NCBI GenBank assembly: GCA_963739725.1 | Contig: CAVUBS010000018.1 | Location: 366 to 64,365, forward strand | Source: an uncultured Alphaproteobacteria bacterium | Lineage (GTDB): Bacteria; Pseudomonadota; Alphaproteobacteria; Acetobacterales; Acetobacteraceae | Reading direction: 5' to 3' | DNA: 64,000 nucleotides | Part shown: piece after piece, positions 50,460-61,318 of the stretch | Numbering within the stretch: the stretch's first letter is position 1 | Layout: each line of letters starts with the position of its first letter | Notes under the pieces: generated by a model | Databases searched by the model: none | Seen by the model: only the letters and a program-made list of their open reading frames with translations | Told to the model about the DNA's origin: nothing | Translations under genes and position numbers: made by a program

Positions 50460-51245
50460 ATGGAAGTGCGTCTCGACGGCCGCAGCGCGATCATCACCGG
50501 GGCCAGCATGGGGCTCGGCCTGGCCATGGCGAAAGAGTTCGCCGCATCCGGCGCCGATGTTGCGATCCTGGCGCGCCGGCCCGAGGTGCTGGAGCAGGCG
50601 AAGCAGACCGTCAGCGCCACCGCGAAGGGCGGCCGCGTCGCCACCTTCGTCTGCGACGTCGCCAAGGCCGACGACATCCAGAAGACCTACGACGGCGTGG
50701 TCAAGGCGTTCGGCAAGGTCGACATCGTGATCAACAACGCCGGCCAGTCGATGGCGATGCCGTCGGAACAGATCACCGACGACATCTGGCGCGACGACCT
50801 GGAGCTGAAGCTGTTCGCCGCGATCCGCCTGGCGCGCCTGGTGTGGCCGGGGATGAAGCAGCGCAAATGGGGCCGCATCATCAACGTGCTGAACACCGGC
50901 GCCAAGGCGCCGCGCGCGAACGGCGCACCCACCGCGGTGTCGCGCGCCGCCGGCATGGCATTCATGAAGGTGCTCGCCGGCGAGGGCGCGCCGCACGGCA
51001 TCACGGTGAACGGCATGCTGGTCGGGCAGATCGTGTCCGATCAGGTGGCGCGCCGTCACGCACGCGAGGGCACCAACGTGCCGTTCGAGGAATACATCGC
51101 CACCGTCGGCAAGGGCATCCCGGTCGGCCGCATGGGCAAGGCGGAGGAGTTCGCCGCCATGGCGTGCTTCCTGTGCTCGGATCATGCGGCATTCACCACC
51201 GGTGCCGCGATCAACATGGATGGCGGCGCCAGCCCAGTGGTGTGA
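50460..51245 (+). CDS. SDR family oxidoreductase
   Basis: ATG 50460 inside ORF 50190..51245: MEVRLDGRSAIITGASMGLGLAMA, INNAGQ. 261 aa. The catalytic region is atypical, so this is a divergent SDR. Confidence 0.85.
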   Translation: MEVRLDGRSAIITGASMGLGLAMAKEFAASGADVAILARRPEVLEQAKQTVSATAKGGRVATFVCDVAKADDIQKTYDGVVKAFGKVDIVINNAGQSMAMPSEQITDDIWRDDLELKLFAAIRLARLVWPGMKQRKWGRIINVLNTGAKAPRANGAPTAVSRAAGMAFMKVLAGEGAPHGITVNGMLVGQIVSDQVARRHAREGTNVPFEEYIATVGKGIPVGRMGKAEEFAAMACFLCSDHAAFTTGAAINMDGGASPVV

Positions 51246-51299
51246 TTTCGACGGCTGTACGTTTCGGCCTGTCCCTGCGGCACCCGCGAGCGCGACGAA

Positions 51300-51482
51300 C
51301 GCCGGCGCGATCTCCCTCTCCGCCCTGGGGCGGAGAGGGGTGAGGTGGGGCTGGTGCAACTGCATCGATGAGCCAATTGTGTACATCCGTGGGCGGACAG
51401 GCAGTTTTGGAAGTTCCTCCGCCGGCTGCATCCCCCACCTCACCCCGACCCTCTCCGCCCCGAGGGGCGGAGAGGGAGATGT
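51300..51482. repeat. Inverted pair of family B hairpin elements
   Basis: gatctccctctccgccctggggcggagaggggtgaggtgggg at about 51309-51350. Its reverse-complement copy ccccacctcaccccgaccctctccgccccgaggggcggagagggagatgtc lies at about 51433-51483. About 80 bp separates the two. Confidence 0.75.
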
Positions 51483-51528
51483 CATGGCGGCGCGACATTG
51501 TTGCGCCCAGACCGATGAGGACGCCGAC

Positions 51529-53007
<1,479 letters not shown>

Positions 53008-53025
53008 GGCGCGCGGGCTGGGGAG

Positions 53026-54192
53026 ATGCCGATGACGCTGCAGCAGAACACCGACCGGATCATGACCACGCATGTCGGCAGCCTGCCGCGGCCGCACGAC
53101 CTGCTCGACATGATGAAGGCGCGGATCGAGGGCCGGGAAGTCGGCGAGGACGCCTATCAGGACCGCGTTCGCGACGCCGTGGGCGCGTGCGTGCGGCAGC
53201 AGGCTGGCAGCGGCATCGACATCGTGTGTGACGGCGAGCAGTCGAAATCCGGCTTCTTCACCTATGTGCGCGAGCGGCTGGACGGGTTCGAGGCACGACC
53301 GCAGCAACGTCGGGACATGTTCGTCGCCGAGGTCGCGGCGTTTCCGGAATATTACGAGCAGTACTTCCGGACCGCGATGCTTGGCGGTGCGGTGGCGCCG
53401 GCGGTGCCGCTGGTCTGCACCGGCCCGATCCGCTACCGCGGCGAGGCGGCGCTGCAGCACGACATCGACAACCTGAAGGCCGCGCTGGTGGGCGTGCCAC
53501 ATCACGCCGCCTTCATGCCCGCGGTGGCGCCGAGCGGCGTCGGGGCGAACGAGCATTACAACACCGACGAGGCGTTCTTTCTCGCGGTAGGCGAGGCGCT
53601 GCACACGGAGTACCAGGCGATCGTCGATGCCGGGTTCATCCTGCAGATCGACGATCCGTTTCTATCGGATCTGTACGGCGATCCGGCTTTCGATGCCGCG
53701 CAGCGTCATGCGCGGGCCGAGATCTACGTCGCGGCGATCAATGCCAGCCTGCGCGGCATCCCGCCGGAGCGCGTGCGGTATCACACGTGCTACGGCATCA
53801 ATCATGGCCCTCGCATCCACGAGGCGGCGCTGGCGGACGTCGCCGGCCATATGCTGCGGGTGAACGCCGGCGCCTACAGCTTCGAGGCGGCCAACGCGCG
53901 CCACGAGCATGAGTATCATCTGTGGGAGACGGTGAAGCTGCCTGCCGGCAAGGTGCTGATCCCCGGCGTGATCACGCATTCCTCCAACATCGTCGAGCAT
54001 CCCGAGTGGATCGCCGAGCGCCTGGTACGGTTCGCCCGGCTGGTCGGGCGCGAGAATGTGGTGGCCGGGGCGGATTGCGGGTTCTCCTCGCAGGCCACGT
54101 ATCAGACCGAGGTGCATCCGACGGTGATCTGGGCGAAGTTCGAGGCGCTGCGCGATGGCGCGCAGATTGCGAGCAGGCAGCTGTGGGGGTGA
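53026..54192 (+). CDS. Cobalamin-independent methionine synthase II (MetE C-terminal-like) family protein
   Basis: 388 aa. TTHVGSLPRP, IDIVCDGEQSKSGFFTYV and HTCYGINHG...ANARHEHE are typical of the MetE-like/UROD-fold family. The start may instead be the ATG at 53032. Confidence 0.82.
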   Translation: MPMTLQQNTDRIMTTHVGSLPRPHDLLDMMKARIEGREVGEDAYQDRVRDAVGACVRQQAGSGIDIVCDGEQSKSGFFTYVRERLDGFEARPQQRRDMFVAEVAAFPEYYEQYFRTAMLGGAVAPAVPLVCTGPIRYRGEAALQHDIDNLKAALVGVPHHAAFMPAVAPSGVGANEHYNTDEAFFLAVGEALHTEYQAIVDAGFILQIDDPFLSDLYGDPAFDAAQRHARAEIYVAAINASLRGIPPERVRYHTCYGINHGPRIHEAALADVAGHMLRVNAGAYSFEAANARHEHEYHLWETVKLPAGKVLIPGVITHSSNIVEHPEWIAERLVRFARLVGRENVVAGADCGFSSQATYQTEVHPTVIWAKFEALRDGAQIASRQLWG

Positions 54193-54199
54193 GGCGCGT

Positions 54200-54258
54200 C
54201 CACCTCCATTTCTCCCTCTCCCCTCGGGGGAGAGGGTTGGGGTGAGGGGTCACTCCCC
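54200..54258. repeat. Single family B hairpin element
   Basis: tctccctctcccctcgggggagagggttggggtgaggggtcac, located between convergent genes. Confidence 0.65.
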
Positions 54259-54320
54259 ACGCCAACTTTCACGCCGCGGCTTCGCCCTCCGCTTCAACGC
54301 GGCTGCCCTTGGCCCTGCCC

Positions 54321-55217
54321 TCACGCCGCCGCGGCCGCCGTCTCCTCCGGCGCCCGTCGCACCCGCACGCGACGGATCCGCCGCGGGTCGGCATCCAGCA
54401 CGCGGAACTCGATCCCCGACGGGTGGCTGATCACCTCGCCCTTCGCCGGCACCCGCCCCGCCAGCGTGAACACCAGCCCGCCCACCGTCTCGATATCGGC
54501 GTCGCGCTCGTCCTCGGACAGCACGGGACCCATCCGGGTCTCGAACTCCTCCACCCGCAGCCGCGCATTGACGTCCAGCGTGCCATCGGCGCGCTCCACC
54601 ACCATCGCCGCCTGCACCTCGTCGTGCTCGTCCGAGATGTCCCCGACAATCGTCTCGACCAGGTCCTCGATCGTCACCAGCCCGTCGACGCCGCCGTATT
54701 CGTCGATCACCAGCGCCAGGTGCATGCGCTGCTGGCGCATCTGCAGCAGCAGATCGAGCACCGGCATCTGCGGCGCCACCATCAGCGGACGGCGCAGGAT
54801 GGCCTCCAGCCGGAACGCCTCGGGACGGCCGACATAGGCGTAGACGTCCTTGATGTGCACCATGCCCACGATGTCGTCGAGCTGCTCGCGATACACCGGC
54901 AGCCGCGAATGCCCCTCGGTGCGGAGCTGCTCCAGCGCCTGATCCAGCGTGACATCGACCCGCATCGCCACGATGTCGGCCCGCGGCACCATCACATCAT
55001 CGGCGGTGGTCTCGCGCAGGCGCAGGATGTTGGCGATCAGCGCGCGTTCCTGGCGATCCAGCTCCGGCTGCTCGCCGGCCTCCTGCTGGGCGTCCGCGGC
55101 CTCCTGCACCAGTTCGGCGATCGACTCGCGCAACGAGGGCTCCGGCTGGCGCCGGCCCACGAGATGGAGCAGCCGCGACACCAAGGACGCCCGCGCGCCG
55201 TTGCCGTTCGTGCTCAT
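54321..55217 (-). CDS. corC: CBS-pair + CorC_HlyC domain protein (CorC/TlyC hemolysin-like)
   Basis: Start MSTNGNG (cat at 55215-17) overlaps the ybeY stop. [11 protein letters not shown]...[20 protein letters not shown]...[29 protein letters not shown]. 298 aa. Confidence 0.9.
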   Translation of the reverse strand: MSTNGNGARASLVSRLLHLVGRRQPEPSLRESIAELVQEAADAQQEAGEQPELDRQERALIANILRLRETTADDVMVPRADIVAMRVDVTLDQALEQLRTEGHSRLPVYREQLDDIVGMVHIKDVYAYVGRPEAFRLEAILRRPLMVAPQMPVLDLLLQMRQQRMHLALVIDEYGGVDGLVTIEDLVETIVGDISDEHDEVQAAMVVERADGTLDVNARLRVEEFETRMGPVLSEDERDADIETVGGLVFTLAGRVPAKGEVISHPSGIEFRVLDADPRRIRRVRVRRAPEETAAAAA

Positions 55218-55675
55218 GCGCGCTTCCACGGGTTCGGCACCCGCAGCCGGTGCAGAATGCGCGCCTCGGCGAGTTCCATGCGGCGGGCCTCGCCGGCGTG
55301 GTCGTGGTCGTGGCCGGCCAGATGCAGCACGCCATGCACCACGAGATGCGCCAGGTGATGCGCCGGTCGGCGCCCGGCCGATGCGGCCTCGCGGCGGATC
55401 ACGCCGAGCGCCAGCACGACCTCCGGCGCCGGCATCAGATAGGTCAGCACGTTGGTCGCCTTGTCCCGGCCACGATGGCGCGCGTTGAGGCGGCGCACCG
55501 TCCGGTCCGCGGCAAGTATGATCGCGGCGCTCCCGGAGCCGGCGGCGCGGGCGGCGCGGGCCGCAATCGCCTCGGCGCGAGGCACCAGCCGGCGCCATGC
55601 CGGCTCCGCCACGATCACGCTGACCTGTCCCTGGATCCCCGCCTGCGCGGGGCCGCTACTTGCCTCGGGGTCCAT
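55214..55675 (-). CDS. ybeY: rRNA maturation endoribonuclease YbeY
   Basis: The zinc motif [15 protein letters not shown] is present. 153 aa from the ATG at 55675. The gene sits in the conserved order miaB-phoH-ybeY-corC. Confidence 0.93.
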   Translation of the reverse strand: MDPEASSGPAQAGIQGQVSVIVAEPAWRRLVPRAEAIAARAARAAGSGSAAIILAADRTVRRLNARHRGRDKATNVLTYLMPAPEVVLALGVIRREAASAGRRPAHHLAHLVVHGVLHLAGHDHDHAGEARRMELAEARILHRLRVPNPWKRA

Positions 55676-55677
55676 CG

Positions 55678-56742
55678 CTACTTGCCGGTTCCCTCGCCCG
55701 GCTGGTTGAACTCGCGCGCGCGGCGGGCTTCCCGGCGCTTGTCGCCCTCGGCCGCCGCGCGCTGATCGTAGGCATCGACGATGCGGGCAACCAACGGGTG
55801 GCGCACCACGTCGCGCGTGTCGAGCCGGGTGACCGCGATGCCAGGCACGCCTTCCAGTGTCTCGAGCGCGTCGCGCAGGCCGGAGCGGACGCCGTGCGGC
55901 AGATCGACCTGGCTCAGATCGCCGGTCACGACCATCCGCGTCCCCTCGCCCATCCGCGTCAGCCACATCTTCATCTGCACGGCGGTGGTATTTTGCGCTT
56001 CATCAAGAATGGCGTAGGCATGCGCCAGCGTGCGGCCGCGCATGAAGGCCAGCGGCGCCACCTCGATCTCGCCGTTGGCGAGCCGGCGGATCACCTGCTC
56101 GGCCGGCATCATGTCGTGCAGCGCGTCGTACAGCGGCCGCAGATAGGGATCGACCTTCTCCTTCATGTCGCCCGGCAGGAAGCCCAGACGCTCGCCGGCC
56201 TCGACTGCCGGACGCGACAGCACGATGCGGTCCACCCGGCCGGCCTGCAGCATCGCCACCGCCTGCGCCACCGCGAGATAGGTCTTGCCGGTTCCGGCCG
56301 GCCCGACGCCGAACACCATGTCATGCGCCGCCAGCGCCTCCATGTAGCCGGCCTGCCCCGGGCTGCGCGGCCCGATCGCCCCGCGGCGGGTGCGGATCGC
56401 CGGCACGTCGGACAGCGGCAGGCGTGGGTCGGTGTCGGCGCTCGCCAGCCGGATCGCGGCCTCCACCTCCGGCCGCCCGACGCTCTCGCCGCGCTCCAGC
56501 CGCCGCCACAGTCCTTCCAGCATCGTTTGCGCCGCGTCGACGCGCGATGCCTCGCCGGTGATGGCGACCCGATTGCCCCGACACGCCAGGCGCACGCCGA
56601 GCGCCTGCTCCATGCGCACCAGGTGCCGGTCGTGGTCGCCGAGCAGCAGCGGCAGCAGCGTGTTGTCGCCGAAATGGAGGGTCACGGCCTTGCCGTGGGG
56701 GGAGGCGGCGGAGGTGGCTGGGATTGCGGCGGCTTGGCTCAA
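55678..56742 (-). CDS. phoH: PhoH-like ATPase (YbeZ)
   Basis: 354 aa. Walker [13 protein letters not shown], then [34 protein letters not shown] and [11 protein letters not shown]. The TTG start overlaps the miaB stop. Confidence 0.93.
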   Translation of the reverse strand: MSQAAAIPATSAASPHGKAVTLHFGDNTLLPLLLGDHDRHLVRMEQALGVRLACRGNRVAITGEASRVDAAQTMLEGLWRRLERGESVGRPEVEAAIRLASADTDPRLPLSDVPAIRTRRGAIGPRSPGQAGYMEALAAHDMVFGVGPAGTGKTYLAVAQAVAMLQAGRVDRIVLSRPAVEAGERLGFLPGDMKEKVDPYLRPLYDALHDMMPAEQVIRRLANGEIEVAPLAFMRGRTLAHAYAILDEAQNTTAVQMKMWLTRMGEGTRMVVTGDLSQVDLPHGVRSGLRDALETLEGVPGIAVTRLDTRDVVRHPLVARIVDAYDQRAAAEGDKRREARRAREFNQPGEGTGK

Positions 56743-58127
56743 GCGCAGGCTCTCTCCTCGTTGAAGGATGCTGACAATGAGTTGGGGAGTGCGGCGTCGA
56801 TATGCATGAATATTTCGTGGCCGATCACGTCCGCCGGGCCGAATGCGTGTACCGGCTGCAGAAACGGCGACCGTCCGGCGACCTGGCCGGGGTGGCGGCC
56901 CGGGCCGGTGAACAGCACGGGCAGGGTCATGCCGACGCAGCCGGCGTTGAACCGGACCTGCTGCGCCCGCAGCAGCGTTTGCAGTTCGGCCAGGCGACGC
57001 TCCTTTTCGGCCTCCGGGACCTGGCCGGGCGCGGTGGCGGCGGGCGTTCCGGGCCGCGGGGAGTATTTGAAGCTGAAGGCCTGGGCGAAACCGACCGCGC
57101 GGACCAGCGCCAGCGTGGCCTCGAAGTCGGTCTCGGTCTCGCCGGGATGGCCGACGATGAAGTCCGACGACAGCGCGATATCCGGCCGCGCCGCGCGCAG
57201 CCGGTCCACCAGGCGCAGGTAATCGGCGGCGGTGTGCCGGCGGTTCATCGCGGCCAGCACGCGGTCGGCGCCCGACTGCACCGGCAGGTGCAGGAACGGC
57301 ATCAGCGTCGGCACATCGCGATGTGCCGCGATCAGCGCGTCGTCCATGTCGCGCGGATGCGACGTGGTGTAGCGCAGGCGCAGCAGCCCGGGCAGTTCCG
57401 CCAACGCGCGCAGCAGGCGCCCGAGGCCCCAGGTTCCGCCGTCGGGCGCCGCGCCATGCCAGGCATTCACGTTCTGGCCGAGCAGCGTGATCTCGCGCGA
57501 GCCCTGCGCCAGCAGGCGCCGCGCCTCCGCCAGCACCGCCGCCGCCGGCCGGCTCTGCTCGGCGCCGCGCGTGTAGGGGACGACGCAGAAGCTGCAGAAC
57601 CGGTCGCAGCCCTCCTGGATGGTCAGGAAGGCGGTGATCCCCTGCGGCGCCGCGGCCTCCGGCAGGTGGTCGAACTTGTCCTCGGCGGGGAAATCGGTCT
57701 CGATCACGGCGCCGGCCGCGTCGCCATGGGCCGCCCGGGCCGCGCGCGCCACCATCTCGGGCAGGCGGTGGTAGGTCTGCGGTCCGAGCACGATGTCGAC
57801 ATACGGCGCGCGGGCGAGGATTTCCGCCCCCTCCGCCTGGGCCACACAGCCCGCCACGGCGAGGATCATCCGCCCGCCCTCTGCCGCGCGCCGCTCCTGC
57901 AGCCGGCGCAGGCGGCCAAGCTCGGAAAACACCTTCTCGGCCGCCTTGTCGCGGATGTGGCAGGTGTTGAGGATGACCATGTCGGCGCCATCCGGCTCCG
58001 GCGCGGGGGCGTAGCCGAGCGGCGCAAGCACGTCCGCCATCCGTGCGCTGTCATACACGTTCATCTGGCAGCCCCAGGTGATGACGTGCAGGCGCTTCAG
58101 ACCCGTCATCGGCCAAGCTCCGCCCAT
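56739..58127 (-). CDS. miaB: tRNA (N6-isopentenyladenosine37-C2)-methylthiotransferase MiaB
   Basis: [12 protein letters not shown], the radical-SAM cluster motif [17 protein letters not shown], and a TRAM C-terminus. The likely start is MTGLKRLHV at 58109. Confidence 0.95.
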   Translation of the reverse strand: MGGAWPMTGLKRLHVITWGCQMNVYDSARMADVLAPLGYAPAPEPDGADMVILNTCHIRDKAAEKVFSELGRLRRLQERRAAEGGRMILAVAGCVAQAEGAEILARAPYVDIVLGPQTYHRLPEMVARAARAAHGDAAGAVIETDFPAEDKFDHLPEAAAPQGITAFLTIQEGCDRFCSFCVVPYTRGAEQSRPAAAVLAEARRLLAQGSREITLLGQNVNAWHGAAPDGGTWGLGRLLRALAELPGLLRLRYTTSHPRDMDDALIAAHRDVPTLMPFLHLPVQSGADRVLAAMNRRHTAADYLRLVDRLRAARPDIALSSDFIVGHPGETETDFEATLALVRAVGFAQAFSFKYSPRPGTPAATAPGQVPEAEKERRLAELQTLLRAQQVRFNAGCVGMTLPVLFTGPGRHPGQVAGRSPFLQPVHAFGPADVIGHEIFMHIDAALPNSLSASFNEERACA

Positions 58128-58289
58128 CTCGGCCGAGGCAGTCTGGCGCGAGACGTCAGAGGTGTCGACGTGAGGGCCGATCGGGTCAAGCGCGACAGCG
58201 CGGATTCGCCTCCTTCATGGGGCGCAGTCTGGCAGGAAATGCCGCCATCATTCAACCGGAACGTTCAGGCACCGCGGGGCAGCTGGGTG

Positions 58290-58470
58290 AGGCTGCAGGC
58301 TCAGGGCTCTGCCCTGAAACCCGCCCGGTGGCTCTGCCCCCGGGACCCCCACCAAAGGCGGAGCCTTTGGAATCCATTACTAAAGTGATGGGTTCCAAGG
58401 GCTCCGCCCTTGGCGGAGTCCAGAGGCAGCGCCTCTGGTCGGGGTTCGGGGTGAAACCCCGAGCGCTTCA
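58290..58470. repeat. Cluster of short GC-rich hairpins (family C: CCA(A/G)(A/G)GG-N5-CC(C/T)(C/T)TGG)
   Basis: ccaaaggcggagcctttgg, ccaagggctccgcccttgg and ccagaggcagcgcctctgg occur in series, flanked by cagggctctgccctg and ggggtgaaacccc. Confidence 0.7.
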
Positions 58471-58473
58471 GCC

Positions 58474-59256
58474 TCACCCGATGGCCCCGTCAGACACAGG
58501 CCGGTTCTGCCTCAGCCGCGAGGCGCCGTCCGCCACCGTCTGCCACACGGCCTGCGACAGCGCCTTGCGGTCTGCGAACTGCGACGGATCCAGCGGAGCG
58601 TGCAGCAGGACAGTGACCCGCAGCCCGGAATTCTGGGCGAAGCGCCAGAAATGCGACCCCATGTCCATGTCGCCGTACCAGGCAAAGACCGGCCGCGTCG
58701 CCCGTCCGGTGGGCAGCCAGCCGAGCCGGTCGTAGACCACCGACACCGGCTGGATCAGCGGCGGATCCGGCCCCTCGGCAATCGCCAGGAACGACGAACG
58801 GAACGGCAGAACGCGCGATCCGTCCGACGACGTACCCTCCGGGAACAGCAGCAGGTTGTCGCCGATGGCAAGCCGCGCGCGCATCGCATCCCGCTCACGT
58901 CCCGTCGCGCCGCGCTGGCGCGAGACGAAGACGGTGCGTCCCAGCCGCGCGATGGTGGCGATGAACGGCCAACGTGCCACCTCGTCCTTGGAAACGAAGC
59001 AGGCGTCCAATCGCCCGCCAAGCACGGGGATATCCAGCCAGGACGAATGGTTCGAGACGAAGACCACCGGCCGCCGCCGGCCAGTCGATGCGAGGGTCCC
59101 TGCGACGCGCACCTGCAGCCCGAGCAGACAGCTCACCGCCGACCAGTAGACCAACGGGAACACGACCTTCGGACGGCCAGGCAGCAGCAGGCAGACCGCC
59201 TGGATCGGCATGCAGAGCAGCGTCCACACCAGTACGCTCACGCCGCGCCGGACCAC
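58474..59256 (-). CDS. plsC: 1-acyl-sn-glycerol-3-phosphate acyltransferase
   Basis: 260 aa with the HX4D motif (VSNHSSWLDIPVL) and FPEGTSSDG. Confidence 0.9.
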   Translation of the reverse strand: MVRRGVSVLVWTLLCMPIQAVCLLLPGRPKVVFPLVYWSAVSCLLGLQVRVAGTLASTGRRRPVVFVSNHSSWLDIPVLGGRLDACFVSKDEVARWPFIATIARLGRTVFVSRQRGATGRERDAMRARLAIGDNLLLFPEGTSSDGSRVLPFRSSFLAIAEGPDPPLIQPVSVVYDRLGWLPTGRATRPVFAWYGDMDMGSHFWRFAQNSGLRVTVLLHAPLDPSQFADRKALSQAVWQTVADGASRLRQNRPVSDGAIG

Positions 59257-59478
59257 GCGCAGGTGGCGCAGCAGTCGCTGGGTCGCGGCTGCGGCCGGCG
59301 GACTACCCGCATCATCCCGCGGACGACGGGATGGCGTGCCGACGTCATGCGTGCGACATGACGGCTATGTGGACGACCGGAGGCTTCCCCCATGGGAACC
59401 GCATAGCTCGCCGACAGTTTTCCAACAATGGCGCAAGCGTGACACTCGGTGGCACAGTGCATTGATTACCGTCCGGGG

Positions 59479-61318
59479 ATGAAATGCTTGCCCATCCCGC
59501 TGCGGACCGTCGCCCTGCCGATCCTCCTGGCGCACTGGCTGGCAGGGGGATCCGCATGGGCGGCCGACCCGCAACCGTACAAAGTCACACTGAAGCCCAC
59601 CGACAACAGCGCGCTCGACCAGGCGCTGCACGACGCCTCGCAACTGGTATCGCTCAGGGAAAATGCCCCGGTCGGTCCATTCGCCCTGGTGACGCGGGCG
59701 CGCCAGGATGCGGGACGCTTCCAGTCCGCGCTGAACAGCTTCGGCGACTACAAGGGACGCGTCACGATCACCATCGCCGGCCGGCAGCTTGACGATCCCG
59801 GCCTGCTCGACCTGCTGGACCAGGCACCGGCCGACCCGCCCGTCGAAGTGCTGGCGGAATTCGATCCGGGCCCGCAGTTCCACCTCGGCCGCGTCACGAT
59901 CGACGGCGACGTGCCGCCCGACGTCCGCGACAAGCTCGGCCTGGCCCCCGGCGCGCCGGCCATCGCCGCCGACGTGCTGGCCGCACAGGGGCGGCTGCTC
60001 ACCGCCCTCCGCGAAGCCGGCCACCCGCTGGCCACGGTCGATCTGCCGCCGGTCACCCTGCAGCCGGCCGACAACACGCTGAATGTCACCTTTCGCGTCG
60101 CCGCGGGACCCTACGCCGATATCGGACCGATCACGATCACCGGCCTGAAATCGATGAACGAAGAGTACGTCCGCCGTCGTCTGCTGCTGCAGCAGGGCCA
60201 GCGTTTCAGCCCGACGGCGATCGAGAAGGCGCGCGCGGACCTGAGTGCGATCGGCGTGTTCTCGGTGGTGCGGATCGAGCCGGCCGATCACCTGGATCCC
60301 GACGGCACGATACCGATTGCCATCGATGTGACGGAGCGGCCGCTGCATTCGGTCGACGTGGGCGCCGCCTATTCGACCGATCTCGGCATCAACGCCAATG
60401 TCGGATGGCACCACCGCAACCTGTTCGGCAACGCCGAGCAGCTCAACCTGACCGCCGGCGTGGAGCTTGGCGGCAGCGCGGTGCAGCACCCCGGCTACAA
60501 TGTGGCCGCCCAGTTCATCAAGCCGGACTTCCTGACGCGCGATCAGTCGCTCGAACTCGAACTCCGCGCGCTGAAGCAGGACCTGGACGCCTACGACCAG
60601 GAGGCGCTGATCCAGAGGATCGCGATCAGCCGCAAGTTCCTGCCCCACTGGACCGTCGGCGTCGGCGTGACCGGCGAGCAGGAGCGGATCGTCCAGGAGG
60701 GCGTGACCACCAACTACGAACTGATCGGCCTGCCGCTGTCGGCCAAGTACGACGATACCAACAGCCTGCTCGATCCCGACCGACGGGTTCCGTGCCGCGG
60801 TCCTGCTCACGCCCACCCAGTCCTTCGGCGGCTCGAGCGCGACGTTCGTCATCGCGCAGGCCTCCGGTTCCACCTATTTCGACCTGAGCGGCTCGGGGCG
60901 CAGCGTGGTGGCGCTGCGCGGACTGGTGGGCAAGGCGTTCGGCGCCGACGTGTTCAGCCTGCCGCCCGACCAGCGCTTCTACGCCGGTGGGTCGGGCACC
61001 GTGCGCGGCTTCCGCTACCAGTCGGTCGGACCGCAGTTCCGCGACGGCAAGCCGACCGGCGGCACGGCGGTCAGCGCCGGATCGGTCGAGTTCCGCCAGC
61101 GGATTCTCGGCAACTATGGCGTGGTGGCGTTCGTCGATGCCGGCCAGGTCACCGCGAACGGCTCGCCGTTCACCGGCGGCTGGCGGGTCGGCGCGGGCAT
61201 CGGCGCGCGGTACTACACCTCGATCGGCCCAATTCGTCTCGATGTCGCAGTGCCATTGAACCGGGAGCCGGGCGGCGACGCTTTCGAGCTGTATATCGGG
61301 ATCGGACAAGCCTTCTGA
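59479..61318 (+). pseudogene. tamA: Translocation and assembly module outer-membrane protein TamA (Omp85 family), frame broken once
   Basis: Signal peptide MKCLPIPLRTVALPILLAHWLAGGSAWA, POTRA repeats and a beta-barrel. Frame 1 runs to ...YDDTNSLLDP, then frame 2 reads TDGFRAAVLLTP...FYAGGSGTVRGFRYQSVGP...GAGIGARYYTSIGPIRLDVAVPL. The break is near 60774-60781. Confidence 0.88.

Noticed and set aside
58128-58290. Possible small RNA or riboswitch in the long miaB upstream region.
   Set aside because: I could not recognise any known riboswitch consensus or tRNA-like structure by eye. The structured part is explained by the REP-like hairpin cluster at 58290-58470.
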